Virus record (IMG/VR): IMGVR_UViG_3300031993_000017
Source of the DNA: a virus
Lineage: Duplodnaviria; Caudoviricetes
Length of the DNA stretch: 64,000 nt
Strand: one strand, 5' to 3'
This document shows, piece after piece, positions 39,608-49,163 of this stretch; position 1 is the first letter of the stretch; each line of letters starts with the position of its first letter. The notes beneath the pieces were generated by a model, which did no database searches, was not told where the DNA came from, and saw only the letters and a program-made list of their open reading frames with translations. Position numbers and translations under genes: made by a program.

Positions 39608-41062
39608 TTACAGATCTAATTCTGAGTACCACTTGATCCAAGGATTCATCTGTTCGAGCATATAAGATACTTTGAATACATCTTCGTCAAAGTATCTTTT
39701 TCCGATTACTTGTACGCCTATCGGTAGATTAGTTTCTTCATCCCTCATTACAGGAACCGAAGCTGCAGGTGTACCAATCATATTCTCTAAGAAGGTGTAA
39801 CCAAAACCTATCAGTGGATTGATAGGCTGACCAGATATTTCAGAGGGTCCTTCGGTGAGATTTTCTGAATAATCATTTAAGCAGTTCAAACAACCTGTTA
39901 CAGGAGCAAGGATGATATCATAATCTTTGAATATCTCATTATGTGCATCAAGAATCTCAGTTCTAAGTTCATGGAACTTTCGATAGTCTAACATGTTTGA
40001 AGAAAAAGCTTTCTTGTTCCATTCTACTAACTGTTCTGGAACATCTTTATGATCGAATGTACACAGACCTAACTCTTCGTCTATTGCTCCATCGACGCTG
40101 ATACTTCTGAGCCAAGCATCTTCGTACTCTTGTCTGCTAGAAGGAAAATTCATTTTTACAACACTTACTTCTACTCCAGCATCTTTCAGAATCGACATTG
40201 CGAGTTCAATGCTTTTTACAACTGCCGGTTCTGGATCCGGAAAAAGATCAAAATTGAATGTAACTGCGATTTTCATACCACGAATCGGTTGATCTAATGT
40301 TTTTAAGAAATGTTTCTTAGGAAGCGGTACACTGATTGGATCTGCAGGATCATATCGCATCATTTCATCCATCATAACTGCAGCGTCATATACACTCCTT
40401 GTGATAGGCCCTCCACAGCAATATGGATGCGTAGCTGTCCAAGCATCAGGTCTGCAAACACTAGGAACAAGTCCTGCAGAAGGTTTGAATCCAAAACATC
40501 CACACCAGGCAGCAGGAATTCGGATTGATCCACCTGCATCCCCGCCTTCTGCCATTGCTAACATACCTGCAGATACTGCTGATGCGCTTCCTCCAGACGA
40601 GCCACCTGAATTGTATTTAGGATTAAACGGAGAAGATGTTGGACCATACATAGAATTATCACAAGTTCCTCTAAAACCGAAAGACGGAGAATTGGTTTTG
40701 CCGATGACAATTGCTCCTAAATTTTCAGCAGCTTTGCAAAATTCAGAATCATATTCATCTACTGTAACAAGTGATCTTACTCCACCATGAGAGGCAGTCC
40801 AACCTCGTTTAGAAGGAAGAAAGTCTTTCAGTCCTACAGGAACACCAGCAAACGGTCCACAATATTCACCTTTAGAGAGAGAAGCTTCAATGCTTTTTGC
40901 ACGCTTCCTTGCTTCATCAAATTTGGTGTAGACAACAGCATTTACCTTCGAGTTCACTGCATTGATTCGTTTTTCATACTGATCTAGGATTTCACTAGGC
41001 GATATTTTTCGCTCATTAACTAGATTCCCGAGTTCAAATGCTCGACAATAAAATATGTTCAT
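39608..41062 (-). CDS. Amidase-signature (GatA-like) amidase
   Basis: GVPVGLKD, GKTN.P, GGSSGGSA, DAGGSIRIPA: intact Lys-cisSer-Ser triad. Confidence 0.92.
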   Translation of the reverse strand: MNIFYCRAFELGNLVNERKISPSEILDQYEKRINAVNSKVNAVVYTKFDEARKRAKSIEASLSKGEYCGPFAGVPVGLKDFLPSKRGWTASHGGVRSLVTVDEYDSEFCKAAENLGAIVIGKTNSPSFGFRGTCDNSMYGPTSSPFNPKYNSGGSSGGSASAVSAGMLAMAEGGDAGGSIRIPAAWCGCFGFKPSAGLVPSVCRPDAWTATHPYCCGGPITRSVYDAAVMMDEMMRYDPADPISVPLPKKHFLKTLDQPIRGMKIAVTFNFDLFPDPEPAVVKSIELAMSILKDAGVEVSVVKMNFPSSRQEYEDAWLRSISVDGAIDEELGLCTFDHKDVPEQLVEWNKKAFSSNMLDYRKFHELRTEILDAHNEIFKDYDIILAPVTGCLNCLNDYSENLTEGPSEISGQPINPLIGFGYTFLENMIGTPAASVPVMRDEETNLPIGVQVIGKRYFDEDVFKVSYMLEQMNPWIKWYSELDL

Positions 41063-41256
41063 ACTTGTCTCCTTTTCTAAAGGTCATGTATTTAACTACA
41101 TAAACGATTCAAGTCATGAAATTCTTTTAAGTTGTTTGATTCTTTATATCATTTCATTTACTTTCATAAACCAAGTTAATTTCAGGATATGTAGAATTCT
41201 ACCAGGAAAGCTGTAAAACCTCCGTCTCACCTAAAATTGAAAGAGTTCTACTACTA

Positions 41257-41853
41257 TCAGACTCTTATCAACGAATAGAATTCAGATCTCAAATCAGAAT
41301 CAGTTTCAAATCTTCCTCTTAAAGTAGCAGTTTTTGTAATAGCTTCTCTCGATTTGATTCCACGAGCTGTCATACATCCATGCTTTCCTTGAATGACTAC
41401 AATGATATCAGTTGTACCTAAAACCATTTCAAGCACATCTGCAATATCTGATCCGATACGTTCCTGCAGTTGCAATCGTTTACCAACCATATCTGCGATC
41501 CTAGCGAGCTTGCTTAAACCTATAACTTTACCTCTAGGAATGTATCCGATTGCGACTGACATATCATACATCAACATGATATGGTGTTCACAAAATGAAT
41601 GAATAGGAATGTTGCTTTCAACTACTAAATCTCCAGTCTCTACATCTTCAAAACATGTATTGAACATTTCTGCGATATCTTCATTAGAATAGTTCATACC
41701 TTCAAAGATTTCTTCACACATCCTAGCCACTCGATCAGGAGTCTTTTTCAATCCCTCTCTATCAGGATCATCTCCTAATGCTATTAAGAATTCTCGTGTA
41801 AGCTCTTCTATCTTAGCCGTATCAATTGTTTTATTCAAGTTCTTGTATCCCAT
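41257..41853 (-). CDS. folE: GTP cyclohydrolase I
   Basis: REGL..TP.RV, CEHH, GLSKLAR, QER, HGCM..RG. Confidence 0.95.
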   Translation of the reverse strand: MGYKNLNKTIDTAKIEELTREFLIALGDDPDREGLKKTPDRVARMCEEIFEGMNYSNEDIAEMFNTCFEDVETGDLVVESNIPIHSFCEHHIMLMYDMSVAIGYIPRGKVIGLSKLARIADMVGKRLQLQERIGSDIADVLEMVLGTTDIIVVIQGKHGCMTARGIKSREAITKTATLRGRFETDSDLRSEFYSLIRV

Positions 41854-41854
41854 A

Positions 41855-42616
41855 TTATACTCCTTGTTTGTTGCCCCAAACTAATGTATGAATCTGCGGC
41901 AAAATGTAAATATTTTGAAATTGTTCTGGATTTTTGTTGATAACATCTAGCAAATGTTCATAATCTGTTAGTACTCTATCTCGAATACTGTCGCTAGTAT
42001 CAACATCGGAATTTCCAACACTTAGATACATTCTTAAGTTGATGTTGTTATCATGTCTGATGTTGTTATCATTTTTTCTGATGAATTCATTCACGAACTT
42101 TGCGTAGTTTCTAGCAAATTCTATATCTTCATCATTGAATACCGGGATTTTAATTGATACATCTGCGCTTTGAATGTGATTGTTTTCCAATATGTAAGTG
42201 GTTATTTCTTTGTATGTATCTGGCATTCCACTTGAAGGTGGTTTAGGGCTGAAAACTATCTGATCTACATGTGATAACCAATCTGGAATTTTACTACCTT
42301 GAGTTTCAATATCTACTTTGATATTGTTACATCTTAACTCTGAAATGATACGCTCAAAATCATACAGGCAAGGATTTCCGCCGGTTAGCACAATTCTGTT
42401 ACAACTGTTTTCCTTACACATAGTTATCAAGTGTTTAGTCAGCTCATCATCAGTGTATTGTGTGAAGTTCGGCTCGTTGTTCCATGTGAATTTTGAATCG
42501 CAGAAACTGCAAGCAAAGTCACAACCTTTAACTCTGACAAAGATACACCGTGCTCCTACATTAGGTCCTTCACCTTGGATAGAACTGAATATTTCTACTA
42601 CATTTATTTTACTCAT
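41855..42616 (-). CDS. queE: 7-carboxy-7-deazaguanine synthase (radical SAM)
   Basis: [11 protein letters not shown]...C..CD, LTGGNP, SPK, PQIH. Confidence 0.95.
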   Translation of the reverse strand: MSKINVVEIFSSIQGEGPNVGARCIFVRVKGCDFACSFCDSKFTWNNEPNFTQYTDDELTKHLITMCKENSCNRIVLTGGNPCLYDFERIISELRCNNIKVDIETQGSKIPDWLSHVDQIVFSPKPPSSGMPDTYKEITTYILENNHIQSADVSIKIPVFNDEDIEFARNYAKFVNEFIRKNDNNIRHDNNINLRMYLSVGNSDVDTSDSIRDRVLTDYEHLLDVINKNPEQFQNIYILPQIHTLVWGNKQGV

Positions 42617-42617
42617 G

Positions 42618-43055
42618 TTATTCCCTCCGGCATATTGCGATGTTGTTATCAGTCTCTCGAACATCTACCTCAGTCACATACAGTTCTTGATCAATTTTCT
42701 TGATAGCTTCGTCAATCATCTTGAAAAATATTTCTGCCATCCACTCGGCTGTAGGATTGTCCTCAACAATGTGAACTTTCTTGCAGTTCTGCTTGATGAC
42801 TTCAGCGAGAGGATCACAGGAACGAAGAATACATGAATGATCATAAGGAATCTCAATTGTTTCCTGAACTATATTCTTCAACTGTTTAAAATCTATGACC
42901 ATTCCTGCATCGTTGTACTTATCTCTAGACACTACAACTGTTACACCATATGAATGTCCGTGAATGTTAGACCTACACTCTTCTGAATACGTTGCAACAT
43001 CATATAGTCTATGTGCTGCTTCAAATGTAAGATATGTTTTTACTTCTTGGATCAT
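42618..43055 (-). CDS. queD: 6-carboxytetrahydropterin synthase
   Basis: FEAAH, C..IHGHSY, GMVIDF, DH, PTAE, ET. Confidence 0.95.
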   Translation of the reverse strand: MIQEVKTYLTFEAAHRLYDVATYSEECRSNIHGHSYGVTVVVSRDKYNDAGMVIDFKQLKNIVQETIEIPYDHSCILRSCDPLAEVIKQNCKKVHIVEDNPTAEWMAEIFFKMIDEAIKKIDQELYVTEVDVRETDNNIAICRRE

Positions 43056-43810
43056 TTTTGTTCTCTCCCTTCACAGTTGTAAATCGACACACATCCGCTC
43101 CAGTCGATTTCACACTCATAAGGTACTGGATCAATTACTCTGTTAGATCTAAATGCTTCTATTCTATCAATACAAGTACCACATTTTCCACACGCACATT
43201 TTCTACCATTGTAGCAAGAAGTAGTTAGTTCAAATGGAACTTTTAGACGAAGTCCTTCGGCAACTACTTGACTTTTATTCATATGAATGAGCGGACGCTC
43301 TACATGAATTTTATCATAAGTTCCAATCTGGATAGCCTTGTCCATAGCGTCTGCAAATTCAGGAGAGCAGTCAGCATACGCATTTCCGGCAGCGTCGTCT
43401 GCATGAGCTCCATAGAAAATTGCTACTTCTTCTCCAGGGAATAAACTATCCGCATAAGCCGCTGCAAGTGAGAGGAACAATCCGTTTCGAAATGGTACAT
43501 ATGACGATACTCGTCCCTCACCGTTTTCCTTGATTTGCTCTGCATAACTTTTATCAGGAATTTCTTTTTCAGATCCTTGTAAGAGTGAACACACATTTTT
43601 AGCATATTTCATTACGCCTGAAATATCGTCCTCGATGTGCTTTACACCATAATGCTCTGCGACTTTTCTTGCACACTCCAATTCCATGGAGTGCTTCTGG
43701 TTGTAAAACAGGCTAGCAGTGATTACATTTTCTTTTCCATATCTGTCTACAGCAATACCAACGCATACTGTGGAGTCACATCCGCCTGATGACAACACTA
43801 ATGCTTTCAT
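43052..43810 (-). CDS. queC: 7-cyano-7-deazaguanine synthase
   Basis: SSGGCDS, YVPFRN, YADC, SCY...CG.C.TC..R. Confidence 0.95.
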   Translation of the reverse strand: MKALVLSSGGCDSTVCVGIAVDRYGKENVITASLFYNQKHSMELECARKVAEHYGVKHIEDDISGVMKYAKNVCSLLQGSEKEIPDKSYAEQIKENGEGRVSSYVPFRNGLFLSLAAAYADSLFPGEEVAIFYGAHADDAAGNAYADCSPEFADAMDKAIQIGTYDKIHVERPLIHMNKSQVVAEGLRLKVPFELTTSCYNGRKCACGKCGTCIDRIEAFRSNRVIDPVPYECEIDWSGCVSIYNCEGREQK

Positions 43811-43821
43811 AATTATCCTCC

Positions 43822-43867
43822 AAAAATATAGGACCAATTCAGTCGGTAAACAACTAAACTGATCCTA
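43822..43867 (-). terminator. Intrinsic terminator/attenuator immediately upstream of the queC SD
   Basis: TAGGATCAGTTTAGTTG-loop-CGACTGAATTGGTCCTA followed by TATTTTT then GGAGG. Confidence 0.75.
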
Positions 43868-43886
43868 ACTCTATCATTTATTGTTC

Positions 43887-43947
43887 CAACTGTTATTTTT
43901 GATTATTTTAATTTGCAGGGTTTCAAGTTGTGTACAAAACTGCAAAT
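43887..43947 (-). promoter_or_regulatory. Candidate preQ1-I-like riboswitch variant, copy B (queC leader)
   Basis: Stem AUUUGCAG/CUGCAAAU, loop UUUUGUACACAACUUGAAACC, tail UAAAAUAAUCAAAAAUAACAGUUG. Confidence 0.7.
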
Positions 43948-43956
43948 ATTAGAACA

Positions 43957-44463
43957 TCAAGATGTTCTAGGTCTATGACTCATGTTGTGCTGCATAACAT
44001 CAAGCATTCTAGCTTTTTTAATATCAACATGATCTTCATCTGCATAACAACTCCACGGAATTATGCTACAGCCGCCACGTGAGTTGAAGTCTCCATACAC
44101 CTCTAGATACTTCGGATCAAGAAGGTCTACCAGATCTTGCATGATAGCATGAACACATGACTCATGAAAATCACCGTGTTGCTGAAATGAAAATAAATAA
44201 AGTTTAAGTGACTTTGATTCAACCATATACTTATTAGGAATATAAGAGATATGGATTGTTGCAAAATCTGGTTGACCAGTACGGGGGCATTTCGAGCAAA
44301 ACTCGAAACAATCTAAGCTGACGATCTGCTCATCTTCTGTAGATTCTTCAAATTTTCGCTCGAACTTCTCGAGAATACTTGGATCATAATCAAATACATA
44401 CTTTGTATTTTGATTTCCAAGTAGTGTTACACCTGACAGGTCTTGTGTGTTACTGTTTGACAT
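43957..44463 (-). CDS. queF: NADPH-dependent preQ0 reductase (type I)
   Basis: CPRTGQPDFA, VESKSLKLYL QueF motif, FHE, RGG. Confidence 0.95.
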   Translation of the reverse strand: MSNSNTQDLSGVTLLGNQNTKYVFDYDPSILEKFERKFEESTEDEQIVSLDCFEFCSKCPRTGQPDFATIHISYIPNKYMVESKSLKLYLFSFQQHGDFHESCVHAIMQDLVDLLDPKYLEVYGDFNSRGGCSIIPWSCYADEDHVDIKKARMLDVMQHNMSHRPRTS

Positions 44464-44472
44464 TTTGAATGT

Positions 44473-44531
44473 CCTCCTTTTATTTTTGTTTTTAACGGTG
44501 AGGGTGTCAAGGAAATCTACAAAACTCACCG
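44473..44531 (-). promoter_or_regulatory. Candidate preQ1-I-like riboswitch variant, copy A (queF leader)
   Basis: Stem CGGUGAG/CUCACCG, loop UUUUGUAGAUUUCCUUGACACC, tail UUAAAAACAAAAAUAAAAGGAGG. Confidence 0.72.
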
Positions 44532-44546
44532 GTACTTACATAAATT

Positions 44547-45638
44547 TTATCTTGCTGCTTCTCTTAATTCGTTTACTTTCTTCTGGATTGTTCGTGCAAA
44601 TGACTTTTCAGAAGGTAGTGTCCGCAAATTCAATTGATAAGTATTTTCGTAGTTACCTAATCCTATAACTAGCTCTATTGACGTGTAACGCCTATCGTAA
44701 CGACTATTCCTTTGTGCCAATGGTGTGTAGCAATAGAGACTCAACATATCTTCAAGCGAAGTTTTCCCTTCTTCTTTTGGTTGTCCGTTGTCATCTAAGT
44801 ACGGGGAGTACCGAGGCGCATAATGTACATCAAATGAAATGTCGGGGTACTCAAAACGGGCAGTATCAACCATCGCCTCAAACCGATCTCGATAGCTTAT
44901 TACTTCTGATAAATCGTCGCAGCGCAGTTCAAAATTGTCATGTATTTTCTGAAAATATTCGAGCTTACTCTCTAGATAAGATTTAAAATCATTACAACAG
45001 GTTTCGGTAGCTTTATCTACAAATCCTATCTTCAGAATGTTGTCCTTACCGAACGTACTATAGAAATCAGATTGTTCTGAAATAATCGGATCTTCAGTTA
45101 ACGACATATCAACAGTTGTGTACACGGCAATACCTGAATAGGTAGTAGGGTTGATATCGACATCAATATTAGATACATCTAATCCAGGATAAGGAAGTAA
45201 AGATTCTAATGAATCTTTGATATGATCGGCAAAATCTGAGCTCACAAGATACGATATAGTTTCTTCTTGATCTAATGTGTAAGGAATCATACCTGAGTTA
45301 TCGGTAGGATGAAAACCTCTAACCTGCACCCCATCAAATGATATGTCGCAAAATCCGCTAAAGTTTACAGAATCATATCCGGTTTCAAATGATTTAAGAT
45401 AAAATACTGGCACATCATGAATAACGCATGTTACAGTAACACTATACTCACCATGATAATGGTAGGGCTCACCGATATGGAGTATTTCTGCACTAGATCT
45501 TGTACCATAAAATTTGTTCAGGTATTCTTCTAGATAATCGTTCACTCTTTGAACAACAAGCTCCTCCCAATTCTCAGGAAGTGTTGCAACATCCTTCTTC
45601 TTAGGTCTTAAGGTAGATGAATAAATTCTCTTTCTCAT
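44547..45638 (-). CDS. Hypothetical protein with MRKRIYSS leader
   Basis: ATG 45638 after SD GGAGGA. Confidence 0.65.
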   Translation of the reverse strand: MRKRIYSSTLRPKKKDVATLPENWEELVVQRVNDYLEEYLNKFYGTRSSAEILHIGEPYHYHGEYSVTVTCVIHDVPVFYLKSFETGYDSVNFSGFCDISFDGVQVRGFHPTDNSGMIPYTLDQEETISYLVSSDFADHIKDSLESLLPYPGLDVSNIDVDINPTTYSGIAVYTTVDMSLTEDPIISEQSDFYSTFGKDNILKIGFVDKATETCCNDFKSYLESKLEYFQKIHDNFELRCDDLSEVISYRDRFEAMVDTARFEYPDISFDVHYAPRYSPYLDDNGQPKEEGKTSLEDMLSLYCYTPLAQRNSRYDRRYTSIELVIGLGNYENTYQLNLRTLPSEKSFARTIQKKVNELREAAR

Positions 45639-45673
45639 GTATTGTGTCCTCCAACTTATCTTTTGTTCTGTAA

Positions 45674-46036
45674 TCAAGAGTTCTCCGAAATTTCGTTTAA
45701 GATGTAACTTCGGTATAATCGTTTGAAGTCACTCGGAGAATTTGACTTATGACAAATTTCTAATATATCATAATTGTATTGATAAACAGAAATTCCAAAT
45801 TCCTCAAACCGATCGTCTCCGGTATCATCACTGAATATGAAGACTGCTTCTGACCCGTAACCTTCAGCTTCCATAAATACATGTAAATCATCTAGCACTT
45901 CCCACTCGTATTTAACAACATGTGCTGCGAGATCTTGCATGGCCTCATCGTACTCATATTGAGTCATTTCGGTATCAAATATACCTAAATCAAAATCATT
46001 TAACCAATCGGTTGATGAATAAATTTTCTTTCTCAT
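45674..46036 (-). CDS. Acidic hypothetical protein with MRKKIYSS leader; paralogue of 46979-47317
   Basis: Shared WEVLDDL..FME..GYG...F.FSDD.G.DRFEEF. Confidence 0.7.
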   Translation of the reverse strand: MRKKIYSSTDWLNDFDLGIFDTEMTQYEYDEAMQDLAAHVVKYEWEVLDDLHVFMEAEGYGSEAVFIFSDDTGDDRFEEFGISVYQYNYDILEICHKSNSPSDFKRLYRSYILNEISENS

Positions 46037-46053
46037 GTGCTATCCCTCTCAAG

Positions 46054-46485
46054 TTAAATTCGCCCGTAGTTGTCATTCTTAGCTTCTTCTCTTGATGAAT
46101 ACACCCAAGAATCAATTTCACCAAACGGAATACCTCCTTCAGGATCTCTTGGCAGTGAAGATAAGAATATTTGATTGTATATGATATCGTTAAATGCTTC
46201 TTCTACGTCAAAGCCGTCTTCATAATAGTCCATCAAATAGTCGTCTATAGCAGAGTTTATTCCACCAGGGCAAACTACCCTCCAGTATTCATTGTAACCG
46301 TCCCACGTAGTTTTAACTACGCTACCAATTTTAGGAACAGTTCCTTGTGCCACAGCGTCTCTATACATTTTCCTAAGAATAGCTTTAGAGCTAGGTTCAG
46401 AGCTGGAAGCCTCAATTTTTAATTTACCTGATAATGTTCCGAGTGTTTTGGATCTTAAAGTTGATGAATAAATCTTTCTTCTCAT
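46054..46485 (-). CDS. Acidic hypothetical protein with MRRKIYSS leader; paralogue of 46506-46946
   Basis: Shared LSGKLKIEASS, WDG..EYW, SLP.DP.GG.P. Confidence 0.7.
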   Translation of the reverse strand: MRRKIYSSTLRSKTLGTLSGKLKIEASSSEPSSKAILRKMYRDAVAQGTVPKIGSVVKTTWDGYNEYWRVVCPGGINSAIDDYLMDYYEDGFDVEEAFNDIIYNQIFLSSLPRDPEGGIPFGEIDSWVYSSREEAKNDNYGRI

Positions 46486-46505
46486 GATGTTACTCTCCTT
46501 CATAT

Positions 46506-46946
46506 TCAACGCTGAATTCCGAAGCTATCTTCATTAGCTTCTTCAAAGGATGAGGGTTCCCAAGAATCAAAATCACACAACGGAGTACCCCCATAAGGAT
46601 CTGCAGGCAAACTTTTTACCCACAGTTTATTGTAAATGAATTCAGCGAATTCGTCTTCTAGACTACTGCTGAGTATGTCTACATCCTCATCGTACAGAAA
46701 TTCATCTATAGCGCCGTCTAAGCCATCTATGCAAAATACTTCCCAGTATTCGTAAATACCGTCCCATTCAGTTTTGATTATACTTCCAACTTCCGGAATG
46801 TTTCCTTTATCTACTTCAGATTGATACACACGCATCAATTTAGCTCTAACATCAGAATCTATGCTGGAAGCTTCAATTTTTAATTTACCGGACAATGTTC
46901 TAGGTGTCATTGATCTTGAAGTTGATGAATAAATCTTTCTTCGCAT
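46506..46946 (-). CDS. Acidic hypothetical protein with MRRKIYSS leader
   Basis: Tandem paralogue of the preceding gene. Confidence 0.7.
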   Translation of the reverse strand: MRRKIYSSTSRSMTPRTLSGKLKIEASSIDSDVRAKLMRVYQSEVDKGNIPEVGSIIKTEWDGIYEYWEVFCIDGLDGAIDEFLYDEDVDILSSSLEDEFAEFIYNKLWVKSLPADPYGGTPLCDFDSWEPSSFEEANEDSFGIQR

Positions 46947-46978
46947 ATCCCGATCCCCTTCAATTTTTAATAATCATT

Positions 46979-47317
46979 TTACAGTAATCCTGCTTTTTTA
47001 GAAATGTAACTTTTGTAAAGACGCTTGTAAGCATTTTCAGAATTAGATCTACGAGCCATATCTAGTGTATCCTGTTCGTATTCTCTAGAAGGAATGTAAA
47101 ATTCTTCAAATCTATCCTCTCCGCTATCATCTGAGAAAAAGAACTCAGCTGCTGCCCCATAACCAGCAGTCTCCATGAATATCTGTAAATCATCTAATAC
47201 TTCCCATTCGGGACCGGATAAGCATTCTCCAAGCTCCAAAATAGCATCATCATATTCAGCTTCAGTCATCTCATCTGCATCATCAAATACAGATAAATCA
47301 AAATCTAACCAACTCAT
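46979..47317 (-). CDS. Acidic hypothetical protein, paralogue of 45674-46036 without leader
   Basis: Sequence similarity by eye. Confidence 0.65.
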   Translation of the reverse strand: MSWLDFDLSVFDDADEMTEAEYDDAILELGECLSGPEWEVLDDLQIFMETAGYGAAAEFFFSDDSGEDRFEEFYIPSREYEQDTLDMARRSNSENAYKRLYKSYISKKAGLL

Positions 47318-47335
47318 TTTTAGATCTCCTTTTGA

Positions 47336-47716
47336 TCAATCTTCGTACTCATCATCGTATTCGTCGTCATCGTACTCATCATCGTCGTCATCATACTCGT
47401 CCAATCCAAGAAGTTCTTCAATTGAGATATCCAGATCATACAAGGTCCGCTTTCCTTGACGAATGTAAATTGGAAATGGCGACCCGTCACCGATATCTTG
47501 TTCTTCGAAAAATTCTACGAAATCTTGTGCAGCGTCAAACTCATCAGAATCATCCTTGTAAGGGAATAACTCTTCATATATCGCTTGAAGTGCTTCATAA
47601 TCATTGTCACATTCGATTTCGTCGTCGTAGTAATCTTCCAGATCGTCTTCGGTGCTAGGCCGTCGCTCAGCACATGCTGTATTGTTGAAAATACGATAAG
47701 TGTATAATTTACTCAT
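47336..47716 (-). CDS. Highly acidic hypothetical protein
   Basis: D/E-rich with EYDDD repeats; SD AGGAGG. Confidence 0.65.
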   Translation of the reverse strand: MSKLYTYRIFNNTACAERRPSTEDDLEDYYDDEIECDNDYEALQAIYEELFPYKDDSDEFDAAQDFVEFFEEQDIGDGSPFPIYIRQGKRTLYDLDISIEELLGLDEYDDDDDEYDDDEYDDEYED

Positions 47717-47737
47717 CAGTCTATCCTCCTGATTTCT

Positions 47738-48109
47738 TTAACGATTCACAGCATTAGGTAATCTACCTCTTCTGTCGCCTGTTAACTTAGAATATTTATA
47801 ATTGTTACGGATATACAGCCAGAAGAAGTGACCTTTACTGGTAGCGGACAACCACTTTCGATACATTACAACCGGAAAGTCGTAATAACAATAAATATCT
47901 CCCGGCCCACCTCGTTTGTTCTTAAACTGAACATATAATGTGCCTGTTTTATCTTTCCTGCTTGCTATATCTATCATGAAAGCCCAGATGTTAGAAGACG
48001 CAGTTCGTATCAGACCTTTTGCAACATCTCTTGCAGAAGCTGCCATGATAGGTCGCTTAGTTATACGCAATGTAGGTTGATATGAAGATGTTATCTTATA
48101 TACTTTCAT
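47738..48109 (-). CDS. KTSC-domain protein
   Basis: SSNI......TLYVQFK....Y.Y..FP...Y......SKG.FF...IR..Y. Confidence 0.7.
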   Translation of the reverse strand: MKVYKITSSYQPTLRITKRPIMAASARDVAKGLIRTASSNIWAFMIDIASRKDKTGTLYVQFKNKRGGPGDIYCYYDFPVVMYRKWLSATSKGHFFWLYIRNNYKYSKLTGDRRGRLPNAVNR

Positions 48110-48137
48110 ACTAGCTGCTCCTACCATGTTAGGTTAT

Positions 48138-49109
48138 TCACCAACCTTCGTACTCATCTTCTTCTTCGTCATCATCCCACTCAGCTTCTTCATTCTCATC
48201 TTTTTCACCGAAGTTGGGATATTCTCTCTCTAGATCGTCTAACCATCTCTCAAGGTCGTTGAAATATTCACTGTCCCAAGACTGATACTCTTCCTTATCA
48301 AGATCGTCAATCTCAAACCAATCTCTAGCACGCTGATGCACAGTTCCGCCGTACTGGCGTGCAAGATCCTCTAAGAAATAATATACGTCGTCCCAACTTA
48401 CACAGCCGTTCTCTATGTATCTCTCTAAGTCTCCTGAAGTATCAACATCATAAGAATATTCAGGAGCCATTTCAGCTACAGAATATTCACCAGAATAATC
48501 TCTACTTCCGTCGGATTCTGTCACCGGTTCTCCAAATACTTCCATGTGGTCTTGTAAGAAATCTAACAGATATTTTGCAATATCATACAATGCTGCGTCA
48601 TATTCTTCATCCTCGAGTTCCTTCTGAGCAATAACTGTAAATTTATCGAGGATCTTATCAGAACCGGAATATTCTATAACTTTGTCGATTATGTATTCGG
48701 CACTAGATGCACAAGTTTCTTTGCCATATCCGGAATAGAATACATCTCCGTCATTCCAAGATCGATACAAGAGACGGTTGATTGCTCTTACAAGCTCTCC
48801 GCCGACGTTCTCACATTTACCAGATGATGGTACTAGTGCGTTAAACAGATACTCAAGGCAAGCTTGTACATCTCCAGATTCTGGATAATCTCTGTACACC
48901 TCGTCATAAGTTGCTTTTGCGGCCTGACGCTTCTCTTCGAGTATTCTTGCTTCTTCTTCCTGACGCTTCTCCTCGGCATATTGAGCATTCGCCTTTCGGC
49001 TAACTTCCTGTGCGCTTTCGTAGCCGTAATCTCTCATATCGGTAGGAAATCGCATGTTTCCAATCTTGACATAATCTGCATCTGAAGAAAATATGTATTT
49101 TTTGGACAT
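48138..49109 (-). CDS. Acidic hypothetical protein with MSKKYIFSS leader
   Basis: LVP.SG......GELVRA..R..YR.WNDGD domain. Confidence 0.65.
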   Translation of the reverse strand: MSKKYIFSSDADYVKIGNMRFPTDMRDYGYESAQEVSRKANAQYAEEKRQEEEARILEEKRQAAKATYDEVYRDYPESGDVQACLEYLFNALVPSSGKCENVGGELVRAINRLLYRSWNDGDVFYSGYGKETCASSAEYIIDKVIEYSGSDKILDKFTVIAQKELEDEEYDAALYDIAKYLLDFLQDHMEVFGEPVTESDGSRDYSGEYSVAEMAPEYSYDVDTSGDLERYIENGCVSWDDVYYFLEDLARQYGGTVHQRARDWFEIDDLDKEEYQSWDSEYFNDLERWLDDLEREYPNFGEKDENEEAEWDDDEEEDEYEGW

Positions 49110-49163
49110 ATTGTACCTCCATATTTTTTAGTTTGATATATTAAGATAAGGTTTTGAACATAT

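Noticed and set aside
41191-41251. Possible structured element between folE and the amidase (GTAGAA...TTCTAC closing helix)
   Set aside because: Single copy, weak internal pairing and no match to the que-leader motif; cannot support a call
47340-47402. Short tandem TCATCGTCGTACTC-like repeats
   Set aside because: They simply encode the acidic EYDDD tail
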